Both the position numbers and the translations under genes were made by a program. Of a stretch of 32,000 bases of DNA, positions 25,891 to 32,000 are shown piece after piece. Each line of letters begins with the position of its first letter. The stretch's first letter is position 1. Source of the stretch: Nostocales cyanobacterium LEGE 11386 (GTDB lineage Bacteria; Cyanobacteriota; Cyanobacteriia; Cyanobacteriales; Nostocaceae). The stretch lies in the NCBI GenBank assembly GCA_015207155.1, contig JADEXK010000054.1:10527-42526 (forward strand), given 5' to 3'. Below the pieces are notes generated by a model. The model saw nothing but the letters and a program-made list of their open reading frames with translations. It was not told the DNA's origin and made no database searches.

Positions 25891-26290
25891 GTCGTAACCG
25901 GGAGATTACGGATTTTTGTAAACTTGCTAGGGAAAATTTCCTCGTAAACCAAGCAAAAATTAGTGAAAGCAGACTATCTTTCACCGGAATACACGGTATT
26001 TGTGGCAGATTATAATACTTCTGAGATTACCTAGCCCTTTCAAGGTGTCATGTATTTCTCTTGGTGTCTTGGTGTCTTAGTGGTTAAACAAATGACTTTT
26101 GAACCACAAAGGTACAAAGACAAGCCAGTGCTTTGGGCGGCTCCGCCGACTTGTAGCAACTGGCTCACAAAGAAAGGCTTGGTTGCGATACCTACTGATT
26201 TCTTGTTGCAGATATTAAAAATAATCTAGGGAGCGATCGCATCTTTTACCATGAGCAAACCACACGCGATCGCTAAATTAATTGGTCTAT

Positions 26291-27079
26291 TTATTCTGTA
26301 GCTGCTTTGGGAGAAAACTGAATTCTGGGATCTGGCATGAAAGTGTATCTGAGATAAATTCCTCCCCAGATAAATAGAATAATCAACAAACTACCAATAC
26401 CGAGGGGACTGGGTAACCAGAAAACTACTTCTATGTGGTTAAGTTCACCAGGTCTGAGTTGCCATATCAATTGCTTGCCTTTTTTTTCTGGCTGAATAGC
26501 AGTTTCTGTTTTTTGAATGTTCCTGGCTCCCCAAGGGGTTTTTAAGCTAAATTCCAAATCGAGAATTGACCCAGGATCAGCGAGGACGTTACCATTACTG
26601 GCAATCAGGGAGAGCGATCGCAAGTCTAAATCATAAATTAAGCGATTCTTGACTAACAGTAAAAAATTGTTTTGATCTAGGAGTAAGTTAGATTCAATTT
26701 TTGGTAGTTCTGATTCAGATTCGCTTGGTACAGCTTCAGCTTTTTGATTAGCACGAGAGTTAAAAAATTCGTTGAACTTCTCTTGTAACTCCTGACCATT
26801 ACTGAAGGGAATCTTCACAATAATTTCTTCTTTAGAAAGCCGTTGTGCTTTTCCTTCTAGTTGACGGGCGCGACGTTCTATGCTGTTTAACCATTCATAT
26901 ACATAGTCGCCACTAAAAGTGGTAAGTCGTTCGCCCAACTTAATGTGCTGCACCAGTTCGCCACGATTTGAACTGTCAAAGTTCACCCCTACGTCATACT
27001 GAACACAACCAGATAGCAGTAACGATGTTAACAGTACCAGCCACAAAATAGGATTTTTGAGCGGCAAGATTGAATTCAT
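26291..27079 (-). CDS. DUF3153-like lipoprotein
   Basis: MNSILPLKNPILWLVLLTSLLLSGC lipobox, a C-terminal TM segment, and family resemblance from memory. ATG 27079 is preferred over the track start 27187. Confidence 0.5.
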   Translation of the reverse strand: MNSILPLKNPILWLVLLTSLLLSGCVQYDVGVNFDSSNRGELVQHIKLGERLTTFSGDYVYEWLNSIERRARQLEGKAQRLSKEEIIVKIPFSNGQELQEKFNEFFNSRANQKAEAVPSESESELPKIESNLLLDQNNFLLLVKNRLIYDLDLRSLSLIASNGNVLADPGSILDLEFSLKTPWGARNIQKTETAIQPEKKGKQLIWQLRPGELNHIEVVFWLPSPLGIGSLLIILFIWGGIYLRYTFMPDPRIQFSPKAATE

Positions 27080-27268
27080 CCGATTTCGACTTTTTTTTGG
27101 TTGCAGAAATCTTACTTTTGTCAACACAAAACTAAATGGTCTAATTAACCGCATTAAAAGCTGGCCGAGAATTGAAAAATTCATCACTATATATCTCCCA
27201 AAAAGTCAAATATCTTCACCAATCTTGACTTCGACAACATGGCGACGTTGGTATTTACAAGAGGTTGA

Positions 27269-27817
27269 TTAAAAACTCAACCAAGCCAAGTAAGAAAGTG
27301 TTAACCCAATAGCCATTAACGCCACCCAGATAAAGCGATTATCTCTGGTATTGACCTGGCTAAGATCAACAAATTCTGGTTCAGCAGTCGTCTTTTGTCC
27401 AGAAGATTTGCGAGGATTGCCAGATGCCCGAATTTTGGCCTCATTATCAGGTAGTGTACCTAAATCGGGGATTTCAGTCATCCACTCACTTGGTCGTTGG
27501 AGTTTTGGCGCTTTTAAAATGTAGAGTAATTGCTTTGCTTGTTTACTAGTCTCTGGGAAAGGATGGCGTTGGAGTTGTTGACAAAGGGCGATCGCGTCTT
27601 CACTGCGTCCAGCTGCTTCATAAGCTGTCACTAGCCAAATTTCCACCTCACCCCCAAAGCGAGAATTGCGAGATAACAAGGCGCTGGCCTTTTCTAGATT
27701 TTCTACAGCTTCTCGATATTTTCCATTTTCAAAGGCAAGTTTTCCGCTCTGGTAGCGAACTTTAGCAATTTCTAAACTTTCTGTACTCACGTTTTGCTCT
27801 GCTTTAGTTGTGTTCAT
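27269..27817 (-). CDS. TPR-like protein with a C-terminal membrane anchor
   Basis: TPR-like helices (GKYREAVENLEKA, WLVTAYEAAGRSEDAIALCQQL) and C-terminal FIWVALMAIGLTLSYLAWL. Confidence 0.5.
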   Translation of the reverse strand: MNTTKAEQNVSTESLEIAKVRYQSGKLAFENGKYREAVENLEKASALLSRNSRFGGEVEIWLVTAYEAAGRSEDAIALCQQLQRHPFPETSKQAKQLLYILKAPKLQRPSEWMTEIPDLGTLPDNEAKIRASGNPRKSSGQKTTAEPEFVDLSQVNTRDNRFIWVALMAIGLTLSYLAWLSF

Positions 27818-27948
27818 GCCAGGAATCTTTTTAGAATCTTTTTAAAAGCTGGCAAAATTCAACTCGATAAACTTTTAAAATTTTAACCAAGTAGCTGTGG
27901 CTATTTTCTTAATAAAAATTCAGGTTATCAAATGCAGGTGAGCAAAAT

Positions 27949-28371
27949 ATGCTGAAAATTAAGCATTCGCAACTGAATTGGCTAGGAGCAGGCATAACTC
28001 TGGCAATAATGAGTGCTATGAGTACCCCAGCTTTTGCCCAGCGCATCATCATAATTAATGGCGCTTCTAGAGTTAATCAGCCACCTGCTGTTGGTTCTTT
28101 TATTTATGGTAGTCCTATTCCCACTCCCATGCCTGTAGACCCAGCGACGGGACTAATACCAAGTCGCAATAGCCACTATCATTCCTATCCTACGGTCAAT
28201 AATTCCAGATTAATTAAGCCAACTTTAATTAATCCGATAATTCGTGACTCAACCTTGGTTAATCCGGTGATTATCAATAATTCGCGGCACCATACACCAT
28301 TCAGAGGGCGATCGCGGGTGATTATCAATAATTCGCGGTATCATACACCATCTAGGGGGCGTAGGTGGTGA
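27949..28371 (+). CDS. Secreted repeat protein, function unknown
   Basis: Signal peptide ending AFAQ. The C-terminal tandem VIINNSR(H/Y)HTP(F/S)RGR(S/R)(R/W) is encoded by a 51-bp direct repeat. Confidence 0.45.
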   Translation: MLKIKHSQLNWLGAGITLAIMSAMSTPAFAQRIIIINGASRVNQPPAVGSFIYGSPIPTPMPVDPATGLIPSRNSHYHSYPTVNNSRLIKPTLINPIIRDSTLVNPVIINNSRHHTPFRGRSRVIINNSRYHTPSRGRRW

Positions 28372-28424
28372 TTAGGGAGTAGGTAATAGGGAGTAGTGAA
28401 GTAGTGAGTAGGAACTAGTTTTTT

Positions 28425-28520
28425 ACTCAGCACTCCCCTTCGACTTCACTCAGGGCACTCAGCACTCAGCACTCAGCACTCAGCACTTAGAATGCACTCA
28501 GCACTCAGCACTCAGCACTC
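28425..28520. repeat. ACTCAGC/CAGCACT heptamer arrays (perfect runs at 28456-28487 and 28494-28520)
   Basis: Read directly. The array ends exactly at the argB stop codon (28521-28523). The upstream purine-rich arm (28396-28420, AGTGAAGT) can pair with ACTTCACT at about 28450. Confidence 0.85.
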
Positions 28521-29411
28521 TTAGGAGTATTTAGAACCGAGAATCATACTGCCGATACCACCATCGGTAAAGATTTCTAATAGTAGGGCGTGAGGAATGC
28601 GACCATCAATAATGTGTGCTGCACTCACGCCTTGGGCAAGCGATCGCACACAACAATTAACTTTGGGAATCATGCCACCGCTAACGGTACCATTGGCAAT
28701 CAGCTCGCGGGCTTCCCGAATATCTACTTTAGGAATCAAGGTAGAAGGGTCTTGATAATCTTGTAAAATACCCGGTGTGTCAGTTAGTAATATCAGCTTT
28801 TCTGCCCCTAGGGCGGCGGCGATTTCCCCAGCTACAGTATCAGCATTAATGTTGTAGGCTTGTCCTTTCTCGTCTGTGGCTACGCTAGATACTACCGGAA
28901 TATAGCCATTACTAGAGAGGGTTTCCAAAATGTTGATATTTACATTACTAACTTCCCCCACAAAACCAATGCCTTCTTGATCTTGGGGACGGGCTTTAAG
29001 TAGGTTACCATCTTTACCGCAAAGTCCTACTGCCAAGCCTCCAGCCCGGCTAATTAAAGAAACAATTTCTTTATTAACTCGACCGACTAAAACCATTTCC
29101 ACCACATCCATAGTGGGAGCATCTGTAACTCGCAGACCATTCTTAAATTGCGCTTCGATGCCCAGTTTATTTAACCAACTGTTAATTTCTGGGCCACCAC
29201 CATGGACAAGAATGGGACGCAAGCCAACGCAGGATAAAAATACAATATCGCGGATAACTTTATCTTTCAGGACGCTATCTTTCATTGCTGCACCGCCATA
29301 TTTCACAACAACAGTGCGACCTGTAAATTGTTGAATGTAAGGTAGTGCTTCGCTTAGTACACGTACACGAGTGGCTTCAGCTTGCCTGATGTATTCAGAA
29401 TCGTTGACCAT
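28521..29411 (-). CDS. argB: Acetylglutamate kinase
   Basis: [18 protein letters not shown], and [18 protein letters not shown] 29411 is preferred over GTG 29474. Confidence 0.92.
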   Translation of the reverse strand: MVNDSEYIRQAEATRVRVLSEALPYIQQFTGRTVVVKYGGAAMKDSVLKDKVIRDIVFLSCVGLRPILVHGGGPEINSWLNKLGIEAQFKNGLRVTDAPTMDVVEMVLVGRVNKEIVSLISRAGGLAVGLCGKDGNLLKARPQDQEGIGFVGEVSNVNINILETLSSNGYIPVVSSVATDEKGQAYNINADTVAGEIAAALGAEKLILLTDTPGILQDYQDPSTLIPKVDIREARELIANGTVSGGMIPKVNCCVRSLAQGVSAAHIIDGRIPHALLLEIFTDGGIGSMILGSKYS

Positions 29412-29597
29412 CGCAAGGGGCTGTTGATAGTTAAAACCTATCCAGTCAGTGTAGAAGACTTTGGAGCTTGTCACAATCTCTCAGTTGGCTGTGCCATGTT
29501 TTATTTGCCCCCATAAGTACCTCAGCATAAATATTTAGACATTTTTTAACACGGCTGAAATTGCTGTATGTCAATCTTGTCACCTCTCCCCTATCAC

Positions 29598-29740
29598 CTA
29601 CCGTGTACACACAAATCATCTGATCCCCCTAAATCTCCCTTAAAAAGGGGGACTTGAAGAAGTTTTCCTCTCTTTTCAAGGGGTTAGGGGGGATCGAAAC
29701 GCTGTTAGGCAACTTTATAAGACTTATGTGTACACCGTAG
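29598..29740. mobile_element. Second MITE-like element (143 bp) with the same TIR family, flanked by a 10-bp direct duplication
   Basis: ctaccgtgtacacacaaat ... acttatgtgtacaccgtag. CCCCTATCAC occurs at 29588-29597 and at 29741-29750. The interior is a gatccccctaa...ttaggggggatc hairpin module. Confidence 0.7.
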
Positions 29741-29760
29741 CCCCTATCACCTGTCCCCTG

Positions 29761-30858
29761 TCACCTCTCCCCTATCACCCCACACTGCCCATGATGCCTT
29801 AACAAATGGTCACACAGTACTAAAGCCACCATCGCCTCAACCATTGGTACTGCACGGGGTAATACGCAAGGATCATGCCTACCTTTGGCAGCTAATACTG
29901 TTTCTTCTTTCTCATTAGTAACTGTTTTTTGCTCTTTTCTAATTGTTGCTGTCGGCTTAAATGCAACTCTTAAAATTATATTTTCTCCGTTAGAAATTCC
30001 CCCTTGAATTCCGCCAGAACGGTTAGTTACGGTGCGAATTTCCCCATTTTCATCAATATAAAATTCGTCGTTATGTTCAATTCCTGTTAACAGTGTGCCG
30101 GCAAAACCTGAACCGATTTCAAAGCCTTTACTAGCCGGGAGAGACATGACACCTTTAGCAATATCGGCTTCTAATTTATCAAATACTGGTTCACCTAAAC
30201 CTTTGGGCACATTCCGCGCTACGCATTCCACTACACCGCCAATGGAATTACCTTGTCTGCCAATTTGCTCAATTAATTCAATCATGCGATCGCTGCATTC
30301 GGCATCGGGACAGCGCACAATGTTGCTTTCTACTTGTTCTAAGGTAACGGTGTTGGGATCAATTACGCCTTCCAAATCCTTGATGCGCTTGACGTAACCG
30401 ATGATTTCAATATTGGCAACTTGACGGAGAATTTTTTTAGCGATCGCACCTGCTGCGACTCTACCAATTGTCTCACGCGCTGACGATCTACCGCCACCTT
30501 GCCAATTCCGAATGCCATATTTAGCATCATAGGTTGCATCTGCATGGGAAGGGCGATACTTCTGGGCCATTTCGTCATAGTCTTGGGGACGAGTGTCTTT
30601 GTTCCGCACCATAATAGCTATGGGTGTTCCCAGAGTTTTCCCAGCAAATACTCCAGACAAGATTTCGCAGCTATCAGCTTCTTTACGTGGTGTGGTAATT
30701 TTGCTTTGTCCCGGTCGTCTTCTGTCTAATTCTACTTGAATTTCTTCTGCGGAAATTTCCAGTTGTGGAGGACAGCCATCAATTACAACCCCCACGCCGC
30801 CACCGTGGGACTCACCAAATGTAGTGATGCGAAATAAATGTCCGAAAGTATTGCCCAT
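29761..30858 (-). CDS. aroC: Chorismate synthase
   Basis: [31 protein letters not shown] and GGRSSARET. The last six codons and the stop lie inside a repeat unit. Confidence 0.95.
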   Translation of the reverse strand: MGNTFGHLFRITTFGESHGGGVGVVIDGCPPQLEISAEEIQVELDRRRPGQSKITTPRKEADSCEILSGVFAGKTLGTPIAIMVRNKDTRPQDYDEMAQKYRPSHADATYDAKYGIRNWQGGGRSSARETIGRVAAGAIAKKILRQVANIEIIGYVKRIKDLEGVIDPNTVTLEQVESNIVRCPDAECSDRMIELIEQIGRQGNSIGGVVECVARNVPKGLGEPVFDKLEADIAKGVMSLPASKGFEIGSGFAGTLLTGIEHNDEFYIDENGEIRTVTNRSGGIQGGISNGENIILRVAFKPTATIRKEQKTVTNEKEETVLAAKGRHDPCVLPRAVPMVEAMVALVLCDHLLRHHGQCGVIGER

Positions 30859-31287
30859 GATATTGAGGAAAAAGGATGAGGCTTATGTATTGTACCGAAA
30901 GTTATCACCTAAGAAAATGACAAGTTTTTCGGTTTGTTGTCCGAAAGATGGATTACCTCTAATCTTATAAATCCCCCTTCATGGCCAGTTTTTAACCAGG
31001 CGCTGTATAAAAACCTTCAATAGGACAGCATGAGTGTCATTGTTGCACTGCAACTAGTTATAAGTAGATAGACATAATTAAATATAAAATAAAGTTTGGT
31101 TCGTAGTGAGCGATTTATCGCTCTTTTGTAAGTTTTTAAAGGGCTAAAGCCTTGAATACGAACTGTTATTTTATTAATTCTTGCTACTTAAATCAAACCA
31201 AAAACATATAGAAATTCAGAAATGACGCAGGCGAAATTCCAGGATTTGGCGCGTCATTTCTGAAAAATATCCTAAATTAAATTTTAT

Positions 31288-31560
31288 TTATGAGTTAGAT
31301 GATTTCTCCACCTTCACTTTTTTGATTAATTCCATATAGACATTAATCTCACTAACTTCTAAATCATGCTCAACTCTAGTTACTCGCCAATTTTCTTTGT
31401 TTATGTAAATTTCCTCTCCTATCCTGGGAGTAAATTGTATGTCATAAAACTTTTTTAGATAATCTTTTTGTTTTTCTTCCCATAATATTACTTTAACTAC
31501 TTCTCTACTCATTGCTGATCCTGTTTTGTTACTAGATAAAAGCCAGCATTTTGATGACAT
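31288..31560 (-). CDS. Small hypothetical protein in an AT-rich region
   Basis: The only support is the ORF. An internal ATG at 31512 (MSREVVKV...) is an alternative start. Confidence 0.3.
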   Translation of the reverse strand: MSSKCWLLSSNKTGSAMSREVVKVILWEEKQKDYLKKFYDIQFTPRIGEEIYINKENWRVTRVEHDLEVSEINVYMELIKKVKVEKSSNS

Positions 31561-31892
31561 GCATACGGCTAGTTTATCTTACTAATTCGATTTCATATCG
31601 TAGTTAAAACCACATTCTTGAAATTGATATTTTAATAGTTATGTAAAATTATAAATTTATACAAGGCAAAAAGGCTCTTTACCACATATACAGATGCTTT
31701 AGCAACTTCCCGAAATTAAAAAAAATGGCTCTCCCAGAGTGGTTATGATAAAATACTAAGAAAAAAGCAAATATATCTCAATACAATTAGCAGTGATTAG
31801 TGGGAACAACCCAAGTGGGGAAGGAAATACAGAAGTAATTGAAAAGATAAAAGACAATAAATATTAAAAATAAAATTACAATTTTAATAAAT

Positions 31893-32000
31893 ATGCCTTC
31901 TAATCCCTTACTTCATTTTATTACTAAACGGATTAACATTGAAGAGATCACGGTAGTGAATTACGATTTTATCACCGACGATGAAATCGTAATTGAAATC
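31893..32000 (+). CDS. 5' fragment of an ORF running off the window, possibly a transposase N-terminus
   Basis: MPSNPLLHFITKRINIEEITVVNYDFITDDEIVIEI loosely resembles the N-terminal region of ISL3-type transposases. Only 36 codons are visible. Confidence 0.2.
   Translation, partial: MPSNPLLHFITKRINIEEITVVNYDFITDDEIVIEI

Overview
The window looks like chromosomal DNA from a filamentous, Nostoc/Anabaena-type cyanobacterium. Evidence is many HIP1 octamers (GCGATCGC), STRR-like heptamer arrays, small hairpin repeats and MITEs, and cyanobacterial genes (cruF/cruG, ndh genes, a CYP110-like P450, McdAB-like genes). Recognisable housekeeping genes are rplU-rpmA, tRNA-Pro(GGG), argB and aroC. Three regions stand out. 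(1) 5.1-12.8 kb holds a non-canonical respiratory cluster. It is a tightly packed ndhI-like / ctaD-like / DUF4142 / ndhH-like operon with a convergent ndhK-like gene, followed by an AT-rich UbiG-like methyltransferase and a cydA with no cydB. These are the FeS/quinone-site subunits of NDH-1 plus the catalytic subunits of two terminal oxidases, all without their normal operon partners and all with cofactor ligands apparently intact. This is my best candidate for an undescribed system, either a variant or a chimeric respiratory module. (2) 17.5-23.1 kb is a cassette-like accessory island bracketed by a CTCTGCG-type dispersed repeat. It contains a DUF433/DUF5615 toxin-antitoxin (TA) pair and an antitoxin next to a ParE/RelE-like toxin that carries an in-frame TGA. 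It also contains an NB-ARC + TPR STAND/NLR-like gene whose N-terminal helical module is cut off by a single in-frame TGA, and a UPF0175 antitoxin next to a 34-codon PIN-toxin remnant. (3) 14.7-15.9 kb encodes a ParA-type ATPase with an overlapping coiled-coil partner that ends in a C-terminal Trp, matching type-2 McdAB carboxysome positioning. All calls rest on reading the sequence and on motif recall; no database search was possible.
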